From contig CAWCUS010000006.1 in NCBI GenBank assembly GCA_963798845.1, forward strand, positions 832,001 through 896,000: 64,000 nt of DNA, read 5' to 3'. The stretch comes from an uncultured Gemmatimonadales bacterium (lineage in GTDB: Bacteria; Gemmatimonadota; Gemmatimonadetes; Longimicrobiales; RSA9). The stretch's first letter is position 1. Each line of letters opens with the position of its first letter. Both the position numbers and the translations under genes were made by a program. A model generated the notes under the pieces. That model saw only the letters and a list, made by a program, of their open reading frames with translations. It was not told the DNA's origin and did no database searches. Positions 28,281 through 38,669 of the stretch are shown one piece after another.

Positions 28281-31219
28281 CAGAAGAGCAGCCTCAGAGA
28301 GATTCGTAGCCTCGACAGCCGTGTGTCCGGGAGCTGCCCCAGCCGGAAATGGGAGTTGACGGCAAGGGGTACCGCGACGCGGCCTGTATGTGGATCGATG
28401 TTCAGGGAGCCGTTCGGGTCGAGGTTGTAGAGCGCCGTGTCGTAGACGCCCATGCCACGGGGAGACAGGTCCAGCCCCTCGACACGCAGCTCCGCGTTGA
28501 CGCCGCTCACCGGCGGCAGCACCGCGGTCACCCATGCATCGATCGAGCGACGCGTGGGCAGCCGGCACGAGTTCCGCTCGGCGAACCGACCCGCGTTTTC
28601 ACGCAGACACGACCAGCGCGCAAGCATGTCGTCCATCCCCGGCAGGGATTCATCGACGTACGCGGGGTCGTTCCCGAGCACGCCGTCGCCGTTCGCGTCG
28701 ACGGCGGGCCCGAAGCCGGGTGTGAACGGGCGCCCGGACGCAGTCCGGTAGAGGGCGCCGACGTGCACGGCCGAGATGACGGGGAGGCGGACGTCGATCG
28801 CCGCCGTCGCCCGGTTCGGCGCGTCCAGGTCGGAGATGCCGTCCTGCCAGTCGTCGAGTCCCTCGATTCCGGGGAAGGGGGGCAACTCCTGTGCCCCCGG
28901 GACGGCCCCGACGCCCGGCCACTCGTCCTGGGTGGCGGAGTAGGTGTAGGAGCCGAGGAGGCGGACCCAGTCACCCGCGCTCTTCTCGACGCTGGCCGTC
29001 ACGCCCCAGTACGTCGAGAGGCCGTCGGTGGTGATGCCGGACACGCGGTCGAACTCCGAGAAGCGGCGGTTGCTCCCCGGCTCGGCTACCAGGAGTCCCC
29101 CCTGGCGCACCAGCGTTCCGTACACCGGGCGATCGTACTGGTCGAAATAGAGCGCGGCGGGCGCCAGATTCAGATCGCGTCGCCGGGGAAGGTGCTCCGT
29201 TCTCCGGACCACGGCGTCGAGGTTCAGCGCAGCCGTGGTGCCTAGGGCGTAGGTGATGCCGATGCTGCCCCGTGTCGTGAGCGGTGGCTGGACGTCCGGC
29301 CGCAGCACCGTGAGGATCGGCCCGAGCTGCTGTGGCGTGGCGGAATCGAGGTTGCCGACGGCGGCCGTAGCCGAGACCCGTCCGTCGTACGTGAGGGCTT
29401 CGGCGAGCAGGGCCGGCGACACTTCGCCCGGGAGGACGGTGAGCGCCCCACGGACGAACCACTGGTGCAGCTCCTCGATGTCCCAGTTCAGCGCCGCTAC
29501 CGCCCCGAACGTGCTCGCGGAAGACCCGATTGCGGTGTTGTCCACGCCCGTAAGCTCGAACCAGCGACGGTTGCGGAGGACGGCCGAGGCAGGCAGCGTC
29601 TCCAGGTCGAACCGGACACCCGTGGTGAAATCGAACCCGGCCGCGAGCTGCCAGGTATCCTGGGCGTATCCGAAGACGCCCTGCGTGGTGAACTTGGCGG
29701 AGGCCACTGGACCTGTGGTGCCTTCGAAGGCTCCGATCCGGCCCCGCAAGTCGCCGGGCGTGGCGAAAAGGTAGGTGCCGGTCTGGCCGTACAGCTGCGT
29801 TCGGTCGTGCCAGTCCGCGGTGAAGCCGGCGCCGACCTTCAGCCGGTGCGGCCCCGAGGTGATGTAGAGCGTGGCCTGGCCGTCGATCTCGGTCCGCGTC
29901 AGGTCCGCCGGGAGGGCGGCCGTGCCGCCGAGCTGGATCGGCACGGAAGCGACCACCACCGCCGCATCGCCGAAGGGGGTGCGGTCGCCCGCTCCCATTT
30001 CGAAAGTCCGGCTGCTGTTGCTGAACCCCGCGCGGAATTGCGCCGAGACCTGCTCGCTCACCGGGGCGAGGACCATGCCGGTGGCCATGATGTCGCGGGC
30101 CTTGGCGGATACCGGGATCCGCCCACCCTCGGGAGCGAGCGCCGGGAGCTCGTCCTGCGCATCCGTGAAGATCGTGCTCAAGCGAACGTAGCGTCCCTCG
30201 GGGAGCATCCAGTCGAACGTCCCGGCGGCGTCCACGTGCTGCTCGGAGATGGGCGCTTCAGCCCGAACGAACTCGTCCCCGTTGCCGAGCTGCAGGTCCG
30301 TGGCGGAGCCCGGCACCCTGGAGACGGGCTGCTCGCGATGCAGCGCCTGCACCCCGATCCAGGCATGGGCGCTGTCGCTCGCGGCCGCGCCACCGAGCGT
30401 GGCCACACCGCGCCACGATGTGTACGGCGAGCTCACGGGATCGATGGCGAGGGGGTCCATGCCCACCGTGGCGGCCAGGCTCCCCGTGGTACGCCCGACG
30501 CCGGTGCGCAGGATGGTGCCCAGGATGCCTCCGGCGACGCTGGGCCACTCGACGTCCGGACGGCCCGTCACCAGCTCGGCCTGGCCGAGGGCCGGAATCG
30601 GGGTCCGCAGCGACTCGAGTCCCGAGAGCGCTGGCAGAGCGAGGGGGCGGAAGGGCACGCCATCCACGGTGAGCGCGCCCAGCGACGACGGCAGCCCCTC
30701 CACCGTCAGCGGCGGCTCGCCGAGTGTGGTGGTGGAGAGGATCTCGCCGACCTCCCCATCGGCGTGTGGCACCGCCGCCCTCTCCCATTCCGCGAAGACG
30801 TGGCTGCGGCCCGCGCGGGACCCGCCGTTCGCGGGCCCGCTGAAGGGAATGCGGTCCGGTTCCTCGACCACGCCTTCCGCCGGCCGCAGCTTCACATCCA
30901 CGGTCAGTCGCCGGTCGAGGCCGAGAGGGATCGGGCCGACGAGCGCGGGGCGATAGCCGAGCTGCTCGACCAGAAGCTCGTAATCACCCGCCGGGAGCAG
31001 GGAGAATTCGAACCGGCCGTCCATGTCGGTCTCGCCGACGGTGGCGGCGCTCCCGCCGACGCGGCGGAGCGTCATTCCCACCTGGGCCACGGGGACGCCG
31101 TCCGGATCGCGCACGGTGCCCTGCAATGCGGCGGTGGTGGGGCTCTGGGCCGCCAGCGTCGCCGGACAGAGTGTGGCAACGATCAGGAGGAGCGATGTCG
31201 CACCTCGGGCAGGTCGCAT
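28280..31219 (-). CDS. TonB-dependent receptor (Oar-like, with carboxypeptidase-regulatory-like N domain)
   Basis: Signal peptide, LQGTVRDPDG, GYAQDTWQL..GVRFD, GSYTYS, terminal Phe. Confidence 0.82.
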   Translation of the reverse strand: MRPARGATSLLLIVATLCPATLAAQSPTTAALQGTVRDPDGVPVAQVGMTLRRVGGSAATVGETDMDGRFEFSLLPAGDYELLVEQLGYRPALVGPIPLGLDRRLTVDVKLRPAEGVVEEPDRIPFSGPANGGSRAGRSHVFAEWERAAVPHADGEVGEILSTTTLGEPPLTVEGLPSSLGALTVDGVPFRPLALPALSGLESLRTPIPALGQAELVTGRPDVEWPSVAGGILGTILRTGVGRTTGSLAATVGMDPLAIDPVSSPYTSWRGVATLGGAAASDSAHAWIGVQALHREQPVSRVPGSATDLQLGNGDEFVRAEAPISEQHVDAAGTFDWMLPEGRYVRLSTIFTDAQDELPALAPEGGRIPVSAKARDIMATGMVLAPVSEQVSAQFRAGFSNSSRTFEMGAGDRTPFGDAAVVVASVPIQLGGTAALPADLTRTEIDGQATLYITSGPHRLKVGAGFTADWHDRTQLYGQTGTYLFATPGDLRGRIGAFEGTTGPVASAKFTTQGVFGYAQDTWQLAAGFDFTTGVRFDLETLPASAVLRNRRWFELTGVDNTAIGSSASTFGAVAALNWDIEELHQWFVRGALTVLPGEVSPALLAEALTYDGRVSATAAVGNLDSATPQQLGPILTVLRPDVQPPLTTRGSIGITYALGTTAALNLDAVVRRTEHLPRRRDLNLAPAALYFDQYDRPVYGTLVRQGGLLVAEPGSNRRFSEFDRVSGITTDGLSTYWGVTASVEKSAGDWVRLLGSYTYSATQDEWPGVGAVPGAQELPPFPGIEGLDDWQDGISDLDAPNRATAAIDVRLPVISAVHVGALYRTASGRPFTPGFGPAVDANGDGVLGNDPAYVDESLPGMDDMLARWSCLRENAGRFAERNSCRLPTRRSIDAWVTAVLPPVSGVNAELRVEGLDLSPRGMGVYDTALYNLDPNGSLNIDPHTGRVAVPLAVNSHFRLGQLPDTRLSRLRISLRLLF

Positions 31220-31383
31220 GGGCTTGTGGTCTTGAGTTTGGAGCTGCGAGCGTGATTGGCCAGGCAGGAACGTAATGCCGGGCACAGTCGCAGACCAGTA
31301 GCACGCCAGTGGTGGAAATGTTCCCGAAACGCGCCCCGCGAGCCGTCGTTCGGGGTGGAGGGGAGGGTGGAGCGGCGGCAGTT

Positions 31384-31770
31384 TCAGTGCGCCGGGGAGC
31401 GTCCGCGCAGGAGCTGCCGGATGGTCCCGACCAGGTCGTGTGTCGAGATCGGCTTGGGGATGAACACCACCTGACGTATGTCCAGGCGCTGGAGCTCATG
31501 TTCCGTATAGCCGCTCATGAAGATGAGCACCGTCTCGGGGCATGCGTCGCGGCACCCGGCCGCCAGCTCCTGCCCGTTGACACCGGGCATCACCAGGTCG
31601 GCCAGAAGCACATTGGGGCACCGGCGACGATACGCGTCGCGGGCATCATCCCCATCCGCCACCGCTTCCACCTCGAAGCCCGCTACGGTGAGCGCGCGTC
31701 GGAGCATCTCGCGGACGCTGTCGTCGTCATCGGCGAGGAGAATGCGGTAGCTGTCCGCGGGACGGTCCAT
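31384..31770 (-). CDS. Single-domain response regulator (CheY-like)
   Basis: LLADDD, DLVMP, FMSGY, KP. Confidence 0.88.
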   Translation of the reverse strand: MDRPADSYRILLADDDDSVREMLRRALTVAGFEVEAVADGDDARDAYRRRCPNVLLADLVMPGVNGQELAAGCRDACPETVLIFMSGYTEHELQRLDIRQVVFIPKPISTHDLVGTIRQLLRGRSPAH

Positions 31771-32072
31771 ACGGCGATTCTACTGGGAACGGGGAGGAGC
31801 AATGTTACAGTCCGGCCCGCTCCGACGCCAGCAGCATGGGCCGCCATGGGATCCGTGATCGCGGATCGCTCGTGTGGCGGCATGAGGGTCCGGGACGGTT
31901 CCGCAGCCGACGGATTCTGCCTGCGCAGGCTCGATTCCGCCATTGACAAATTGGCCAGCCGTGCCGACCGTTTTCCGGGCCCGGTCTTTGCCAGCCATCC
32001 GCCGACCTGGCCCCTTGCCCACTTCCCGCGAATCGAATCGCAGCCCGGCCCGACCGGTCGCAGGAGACAACG

Positions 32073-34553
32073 ATGCGGCGCCTCACGTTCGGAATCTTCC
32101 TGGTTTCTCTCGTCACGCTCGTCACCGAGCTGGTGATGACGAGAGTCCTCGATGTGCTGTTCTATCCCAACATGTCCTACCTGGTGATCACGTCAGCGAT
32201 CTTCGGGTTCGGGCTTGCCGGGGCGATCGCAGCTGCGTGGAACGAGGTCCTGCATCGGGACCCGGAGAAGACGCTGCCGGTTCTCGCGGGCATCCTGGCG
32301 GTGAGCATCCTGCTGATCCGGCCGGTGATGAACGCGTTTCCGTTCAACTACTATGAGCTGGTGGAGCACAGCGCACGGGAGCTCCTGTACTTCGGGGCGA
32401 CGTATGTCGTACTGATCGTGCCGTTCGTAGCGGCCGGGCTGATCATGGCTGTGACGTTCGCGACGTACGCCCGCCGGATCCGGCGCCTGTACTTCTGGGA
32501 CCTCTGCGGCGCGGCCGTGGGGTCGATCCTGCTGATCCCGCTGATCGGGCCGCTGGGTCCGGGGTCGATCCTGATGCTGGCCGCGGCCGCCGCTCTCATC
32601 GGGTCGGGGCTGTTCAGCGGAAGCACGAGGTGGAGGGTGGTGGCGGTGGTCGGGGCCGTGGCTCTCGCGAGCGTTCCGGCCTTCCGATATCCGGGCTACC
32701 TGGCCTTCTCGGACCACATGGACAAGCGCGGAGTCAAGACTGCCCGCAGCGAGGGCAGGGTGGAGCTCACGCGCTGGGATCCGATCGCCCGGATCGACAT
32801 CATCGACAACGGCGCCAACAAGCACATCGCGTACGACGGCGGCACGCAGAGCTCGTTCTTCTACGCGTTCGACGGCGATTTCGGGGCGCTCGCTCGCGCG
32901 TTGGAAGCGCCAGAGCCCGATTCAGCCCAGCTCGAGGTGATGGGGCACCGGTTCTGGCGAGCGGGAGTTCTGGCCTCTCACTACCTGAAGCGCGGCACCG
33001 GGGCGGACGTCCTGGTGATCGGCAGCGCCGGCGGCCAGGAGACCGTGGCGGCGCTGACGTTCGGCGCGCACAGGGTCGATGCCGTGGAAATGGTCCCGAC
33101 CGTCGTGTCGCTGCGAACGGGGAAGTACGCGGACTACATCGGCAGGGTGTTCGATCGGCCGGAAGTACACAACATCGTGGCGGAGGGCCGCAATTATCTG
33201 AAAGCTTCCGGCCGCCAGTACGACATCATCCAGATCTTCAGCAACTACACGTCCTCGAGCATAGCGTCCGGCGGGAGCGCGCTCGGCCCGGTGTATCTCG
33301 AGACCGCCGATGCCTATCAGGAGTATTTCAGCCATCTGAAGCCGAACGGGATTCTGCACATCAACGACCACACCTATCCACGGGCTGTGGCGACCGCGGC
33401 ACTGGCGTGGCGGCGCATGGGGCGCACGAACTTCCGCGCCCACGTCGCGATCTTCCAGCAGGCGAAGGGCGTGGACTACCTGCCCACGATGCTGATCAAG
33501 ATGCAGCCCTGGACACAGTCGGAGTTGGACGACCTACAGCAGGTCTTCAGGCTCCAGTTCGGGGGCGCTGAGTTGATGGTGGAAGACCCGCTGCGGCCCG
33601 AGCACCGCTACCTGAGCGACGACTTCTTCTCGGGTGACTTCCCCCGTGACCTGGCGAAGCGGATCCCGGTCGACCTGACGCCGGTGACGGATGACCGGCC
33701 GTTCTTCGCCGCAATGCGAAAGCACTTCGGCGTCCTTTCCCCGGACCCGAGCCGCTACGTCACAGTCTCGACCGCCGCCATGCTCAACAGCCGACTCGCG
33801 GGAGGTGTGATCCCCCTGGACTGGGTCCACCTGTTCGGGGTCGGGATCCTGGCGATCCTGTTCGCGAGTGCGCTGGTACTCGTTCCCCTGCGATATTCGA
33901 GCGCGGGGAAGGTGCGATGGCCCCACAGGGGGATGGTGCTGACCTATTTCTCTTCCCTGGGCATGGGCTTCATCATCATCGAGATCGTCTTCATACAGCT
34001 GTTCATGCAGCTGATCGGCTCGCCAGCCTACACCTTCTCCGTGGTTATCTTCGCCCTGCTCCTGGCCGCGGGAATCGGCAGCGGCACGTCGGAGCGCCTG
34101 GGGATCACGCCGCAGAGATTCTGGGCGCTCCCGTTCCTGGGGGTGGTGATCACGGGGCTGCTCGGGGCGTTCGTGGTGCCGTCGTTCTTCCATGCCCTGC
34201 TTGGATTGCCGCTGCTGGGACGGTGCGCCGTCACCGGCGGCTTCATATTCCCGCTCGGTTTCTTCCTCGGCATGCCGTTCCCGCTCGGGATCCTGGCGCT
34301 GGAGGGCCGGCCCCGAAGCGCCGTGGCGTGGGCCTGGGGGATGAACGGGCTGTTCACGGTGATCGGAGGGCTCGCCGCAGCGCTGCTCTCACACGCCTTC
34401 GGCTTCAGGATCACCCTGACGTTCGCCCTGGCGGCGTACCTGCTGGCGCTGTACGCGTTCGGTGTGATGAGGCGGTCCGCGCTCGTGCCCGTGGACGCTC
34501 GAATCGCCGAGCCGGGTGGCCCGACCAGCGAGGTCGTGCCAGCGTCCGCGTAG
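32073..34553 (+). CDS. Multi-pass membrane protein with a spermidine-synthase-like SAM-dependent domain
   Basis: N- and C-terminal TM bundles; VLVIGSAGG, DAVEM, EGRNYL, YDIIQI, PVTDDRPFF, GMPFPLG, WAWGMNG. Confidence 0.8.
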   Translation: MRRLTFGIFLVSLVTLVTELVMTRVLDVLFYPNMSYLVITSAIFGFGLAGAIAAAWNEVLHRDPEKTLPVLAGILAVSILLIRPVMNAFPFNYYELVEHSARELLYFGATYVVLIVPFVAAGLIMAVTFATYARRIRRLYFWDLCGAAVGSILLIPLIGPLGPGSILMLAAAAALIGSGLFSGSTRWRVVAVVGAVALASVPAFRYPGYLAFSDHMDKRGVKTARSEGRVELTRWDPIARIDIIDNGANKHIAYDGGTQSSFFYAFDGDFGALARALEAPEPDSAQLEVMGHRFWRAGVLASHYLKRGTGADVLVIGSAGGQETVAALTFGAHRVDAVEMVPTVVSLRTGKYADYIGRVFDRPEVHNIVAEGRNYLKASGRQYDIIQIFSNYTSSSIASGGSALGPVYLETADAYQEYFSHLKPNGILHINDHTYPRAVATAALAWRRMGRTNFRAHVAIFQQAKGVDYLPTMLIKMQPWTQSELDDLQQVFRLQFGGAELMVEDPLRPEHRYLSDDFFSGDFPRDLAKRIPVDLTPVTDDRPFFAAMRKHFGVLSPDPSRYVTVSTAAMLNSRLAGGVIPLDWVHLFGVGILAILFASALVLVPLRYSSAGKVRWPHRGMVLTYFSSLGMGFIIIEIVFIQLFMQLIGSPAYTFSVVIFALLLAAGIGSGTSERLGITPQRFWALPFLGVVITGLLGAFVVPSFFHALLGLPLLGRCAVTGGFIFPLGFFLGMPFPLGILALEGRPRSAVAWAWGMNGLFTVIGGLAAALLSHAFGFRITLTFALAAYLLALYAFGVMRRSALVPVDARIAEPGGPTSEVVPASA

Positions 34554-34665
34554 CGGCAGCTGCGGAAGCAGTCCTGGCATTGCCCGGTTCCCTCGCCGAC
34601 GGCGCCCGCCTTCCGCCTGGCGGGTGGGGGATCCAGGTGCGGATCCCGTCGACGCCGGCGCCGCG

Positions 34666-35461
34666 CTACCGTCGCCAATCTCCCGGCAACACGCGCAGCA
34701 TCCGACGCAGCAAGCCCGGGCGCCTGGCGGTCCCGATCACGGGGAGCGGGACCTCTCCCGCAACGATGCGCCGGGGGTTGCCGTCGAGCAGCTGCCAGGT
34801 GGGCTCTTCTCCGAGCCGCCGCTCGAGCCGTGCGCGCGCGCTGGGAAGCTGGGTGGGTCCGCGCGCGTGATAGTCGCTGGCGACGACCGAGACGACGCCC
34901 AGGTCGAGGAGCTGCCAGGCGGCATCGCGCGCGCCGTTCCCGTAGCGGCCCACGAGCGAGCCCGCGTTGACCTGGAGGAACGCGCCGGCGTCCAGCAGCC
35001 GGCGGGCGAGGTCGGGAGACATGGTGCGGTACCGCTCCGGGTGTGCCAGAAGGGGGATCAGGCCGGTGTGGACGATTCCGCGCAGCGCGTCCTCGGCACC
35101 CGGAGGCACGAAGAAGCCGTGGAACTCGACCAGCACGGCGCGGCCGCCCGCAAGCCGGATGCGCGGATCGTCCAGGTCGGGGTTCGGGGTGTCCAGGCGG
35201 AGCTCGACTCCGCGCTGCAGCTCCAGCTCCGGGATCCGCTCTCTCGCCATCTCGATCAGCGCGGTCCATGCCTGGTCGATCTGGTCGAAGCGGGCGGCGT
35301 ACGCTTCCGGCTGGCGGGTGAACGAGGCGTCGAAATGGGGGGTACACAGCACGCTCGTGACGCCGTCGTCCCGCATGGCGACGAGGGCGTCGTGCGACTC
35401 ATTCGAGGGAGCGGGCGCCGTCGTCCACGCCCGGGATGATGTGGTTGTGCAGGTCGAGCAT
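34666..35461 (-). pseudogene. CpsB/CapC (PHP-family) tyrosine-protein phosphatase with a 1-nt frameshift near 35402 (may be a sequencing error)
   Basis: ATG35461 gives MLDLHNHIIPGVDDGARSL then TGA. Removing one A joins it to ..TPHF..LAHPERY..QVNAGS..ASDYH. Confidence 0.8.
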
Positions 35462-35549
35462 GGCCAGAAAGCTAACGTTCGCCCCGGATTTCCGCGCGGC
35501 GTTGATGATCCTATGTTCCGCCGTCCCCACGGCGCGAACAGAGGAGCCC

Positions 35550-35765
35550 ATGATCCGATTGCCGTCCGCGGCAGCGGCGGTCCTGCTGCCGTTGGCCCTG
35601 GTCGTTTCCTCGATGCCAACAGCCGCGCAGCGGCCGTCCCCGCCGGTGAGCGGGGGGCCGGGGTCCGGCTACTGTCAGAACCGTGCCGATTACGCGATTC
35701 GGGCGCGTCTGGACACCGCGTCGGACGTGGACCGGACCAACAACAGCTGGAACAGGAAGCCATGA
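35550..35765 (+). pseudogene. Internally deleted remnant of a secreted M1-family aminopeptidase (71 aa)
   Basis: RBS gaggag, signal peptide, then GxPGxxYxQNRADYxIxAxLDT (recalled family N-terminus) fused directly to DVDRTNNSW (recalled family C-terminus). Confidence 0.6.
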
Positions 35766-37429
35766 CCGACCTTCCGCACCCGAGACGACCCAACCGCTCC
35801 CATGCGTCCGCGGCGCTGGCGGCCGCACTGACGCTCGGCGCCCTGGCCTCCGTCTCGCCGGCGGCCGCGCAGGCGCCGGACTCGACGGCCCCGCCGCGCC
35901 TGCTCGTGACGGTCGTGGTGGACCAGCTGCGCGGCGACCTGCTGCCCCGCTATGCATTGGCCTTCAGCGGCGGACTGGCCCGTGTGCTCGACCAGGGCCT
36001 CCTCTACACGAACGCCGTGCACGACCACGCGCACACCGAGACCGCGGCCGGCCACGCCACCATCGCGACGGGGGTGACGCCGTCACGCCACGGGATCGTG
36101 TCGAACGCCTGGTGGCGGCAGAAGGGGGACGAGTGGCAGCTGGAATACGCCGTGGACGACACGGCGTCGCACACCGTGGGTGCGTCGGACCTGCCGGGGC
36201 GCTCTCCGCGAAACATGCTCCGCGACGCGTTCGGGGACTGGCTGCAGGCGGCGGAGCCGGAGGCGAGGGTGGTGTCGTTGTCGCGGAAGGACCGCGCCGC
36301 GATCACCATGGGCGGCCGCTCCCACACTGCGCACGTCTTCTGGATCGGCCCCGGGACCGGGCGGTTCGTCACGTCGAGCTGGTACGAGGGCGGGATCCCG
36401 GATTGGGTGGAGCGATTCAACGACGAGGACATGCCGAAGATCCACGCAGACAGCGTGTGGACGGGGGCGCTGGCCGCGACGGCGTCGCCCGCGCTGACGC
36501 GTCCGGACACGTTCCCGTTCGAGGGCGACGGTCAGCACACGGCCTTCCCGCACCGCGCGTCCGCCGAAAGCCCGTCGGCCATGTGGCCGGCGTACGACGA
36601 CTGGTGGATGGGGACCCCGGCGCCGGATTCGGCAGTCCTCGCTCTGGCGGAGCGCGCGGTATCGGCGCTGGAGCTGGGGCGAGGTGGGGCCACGGACTAC
36701 CTGGCGCTGGAGCTGTCGCAGACGGATGCGATCGGGCACGCGTACGGTCCGTTGAGCCGTGAGCAGCTCGACAACCTCATGCGCCTGGACCGGGCGCTGG
36801 GCGTTTTCCTCGATCACCTGGATCGTACCGTCGGCAAAGGCCGCTGGGCGCTGCTGCTGACTGCGGACCACGGGACCGCGGACGTGCCGGAGTGGTGGCA
36901 GCACGAAGGCGTCGCCGCAATGCGGATGACGAACGACATGCGGCGGGACGAGGTGCGCGTGGCGGGGGACGCTGCGAAGCTGGCCACCAGCGCGAACGCT
37001 CCGGTGGCCATCCCGCTCAACGCCGAGCGCGCGCAGCGTCGGGTGGCATCAGCGCTCCGGCGCCTGGAGTCCGTGGCGGACGCCATGCCGCTGAGCGAGC
37101 TGATCGGGAAGGAGCCGGCCGACTCGTTCGTGGCGCTGTACCGGAACTCCTTCCAGAAGGGCCGCCGCCCGAACACGCGGGTGGGGCCGTTCGGCGCCGA
37201 CGTTCGCCCGCAGGAGTACTGGGTGGACAAGGCGTTCACCGGCACCAACCACGGCACCCCCTACCTGTACGACCGGTGGGTCCCGATCGCGCTCCTCGGG
37301 CCGGGGATCGCCCCTGGACGCGATGGCACCCGCGTTCGCACGGTGGACATCGCGCCGACGCTCGCCCGCCTGGCCGGGATCCCGGCACCGGATGACCTGG
37401 ATGGCAAGCCGCTGCCGGCGGTGCGCTGA
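35762..37429 (+). CDS. Alkaline phosphatase family protein (PafA-like, secreted)
   Basis: VVDQLRGD, TETAAGHATIATG, SRKDRAA, DAIGH, TADHG, HGTPY; ATGA coupling. Confidence 0.9.
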   Translation: MTDLPHPRRPNRSHASAALAAALTLGALASVSPAAAQAPDSTAPPRLLVTVVVDQLRGDLLPRYALAFSGGLARVLDQGLLYTNAVHDHAHTETAAGHATIATGVTPSRHGIVSNAWWRQKGDEWQLEYAVDDTASHTVGASDLPGRSPRNMLRDAFGDWLQAAEPEARVVSLSRKDRAAITMGGRSHTAHVFWIGPGTGRFVTSSWYEGGIPDWVERFNDEDMPKIHADSVWTGALAATASPALTRPDTFPFEGDGQHTAFPHRASAESPSAMWPAYDDWWMGTPAPDSAVLALAERAVSALELGRGGATDYLALELSQTDAIGHAYGPLSREQLDNLMRLDRALGVFLDHLDRTVGKGRWALLLTADHGTADVPEWWQHEGVAAMRMTNDMRRDEVRVAGDAAKLATSANAPVAIPLNAERAQRRVASALRRLESVADAMPLSELIGKEPADSFVALYRNSFQKGRRPNTRVGPFGADVRPQEYWVDKAFTGTNHGTPYLYDRWVPIALLGPGIAPGRDGTRVRTVDIAPTLARLAGIPAPDDLDGKPLPAVR

Positions 37430-37498
37430 GCGCCGATCGGCAGCGGAGGAGGGCCAGCGCCCCGGCGCGGCCGTGCACCGCTCCGGGGCGTTTTCGGC

Positions 37499-38587
37499 TC
37501 AGTGGTGGACGTGCCCGTCCATCAGGACGTCGAGCACCTCGAGGGCAACGATGACGGCGGCCGAGGTCCGCGGGTGGTGGGCGCCGCGATACCGGCAGTC
37601 AATGTCGTAGATCGGACGGCGTCCGCACCCGGACCGGGCCCACTCCAGGTCCAGCGCCTGCGTCAGCTGCGCGTGCTCGTCCGGGTACCACCACTCCCAC
37701 TGGTACCGGTCGTTCCGCCAGTGCCACTCGTCGTGCGCGTTCTCCAGCTCGTCCGCGAGGACCGAGCAGCGGACGCCGCGCGCACCGTAGCTCCAGCGTT
37801 CCGGGCTCCGAACGTACACCAGCTCGATCCAGACGCCGGGGTGGCCCGGGTACCAGCGCGGCCCGCGATGAGCACGCCACCCGGCGTACCAGGACCGGTC
37901 ATAGTGGCTGCGCTCGTACGCACCCGCGCGGTTCCAGTCGTAGCGGTACCGGTCATAGCCCCGGCTGTCGCGATCCCGGTCGGTCCGTCCCCGATCGTAC
38001 CCGCCTTCATCCGGACGCCCCCGATCCGTCCCGCCGGACACCGGCGGGCCCGGCCGTGTGACGTCTGGACGTCCGGGGACCACCGTTCGCATGGTGCCCC
38101 GCTCGCCCGATCGATCGCTCCCCGGCACCGGGGGGCTCGCGCGCTCCCGATCGGGATACGACGGCACCACCGTGGTCCGGCTGCGGGTCGACGGCTCGGC
38201 TCCTCGCTGCGTCGTTTCCGGACGCGCGCTCGGAGGGGTCACGGTGCGCGGTCGCGTCGCCTCCGGGCGCGCACTCTGGGGACGGCTGGTCTGGGGCCTC
38301 GTCGTCTCGGGGCGCGTCTGTGGACGGGAGGTTTGAGGCCGTGCGGTCTCGGGTCGCGTCTGCGGTCGCGTCGACTGCGGGCGGGTGGGCTCCTGTCTCG
38401 GCCGCGACGCCGTGCTTCGCGACGGGACCGTCGGCTTCGCCTGCGGTGCCGGCCGCGCGCTCGGGCGGGTGGTCGGCCGTGACGAGGACGGGTGGCTGCC
38501 TTGCGACTGCGCCGCGAGGACGCCAGGAGCGACGAGGGAACCCGGTGCCAGGAGGGCGGCGCAGACGATCAGTGCTGAGCGCTTCAT
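37499..38587 (-). CDS. Secreted low-complexity repeat protein with a His/Trp/Cys-rich C-terminal domain
   Basis: Signal peptide; RP(Q/E)T/S repeats; (Y)DR repeats; HDEWHWRND. Confidence 0.65.
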   Translation of the reverse strand: MKRSALIVCAALLAPGSLVAPGVLAAQSQGSHPSSSRPTTRPSARPAPQAKPTVPSRSTASRPRQEPTRPQSTRPQTRPETARPQTSRPQTRPETTRPQTSRPQSARPEATRPRTVTPPSARPETTQRGAEPSTRSRTTVVPSYPDRERASPPVPGSDRSGERGTMRTVVPGRPDVTRPGPPVSGGTDRGRPDEGGYDRGRTDRDRDSRGYDRYRYDWNRAGAYERSHYDRSWYAGWRAHRGPRWYPGHPGVWIELVYVRSPERWSYGARGVRCSVLADELENAHDEWHWRNDRYQWEWWYPDEHAQLTQALDLEWARSGCGRRPIYDIDCRYRGAHHPRTSAAVIVALEVLDVLMDGHVHH

Positions 38588-38631
38588 GGTCGCAACTCGT
38601 CTGAGAAAGGGCAGGGGCACCGTTCATCGGG

Positions 38632-38646
38632 GCAGGAACCAAGCCG
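38632..38646 (-). promoter_or_regulatory. Possible sigma54 promoter
   Basis: Minus strand CGGCTTGGTTCCTGC (GG-N10-GC), 45 nt upstream of ATG38587, with an AT-rich tract upstream. Confidence 0.5.
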
Positions 38647-38669
38647 GTGCGCCCCCGCGCAATCCCAAA

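Noticed and set aside
34967..35761. N-terminal extension of the phosphatase ORF
   Set aside because: Shadow of cpsB and the M1 remnant; the signal peptide starts at ATG35762.
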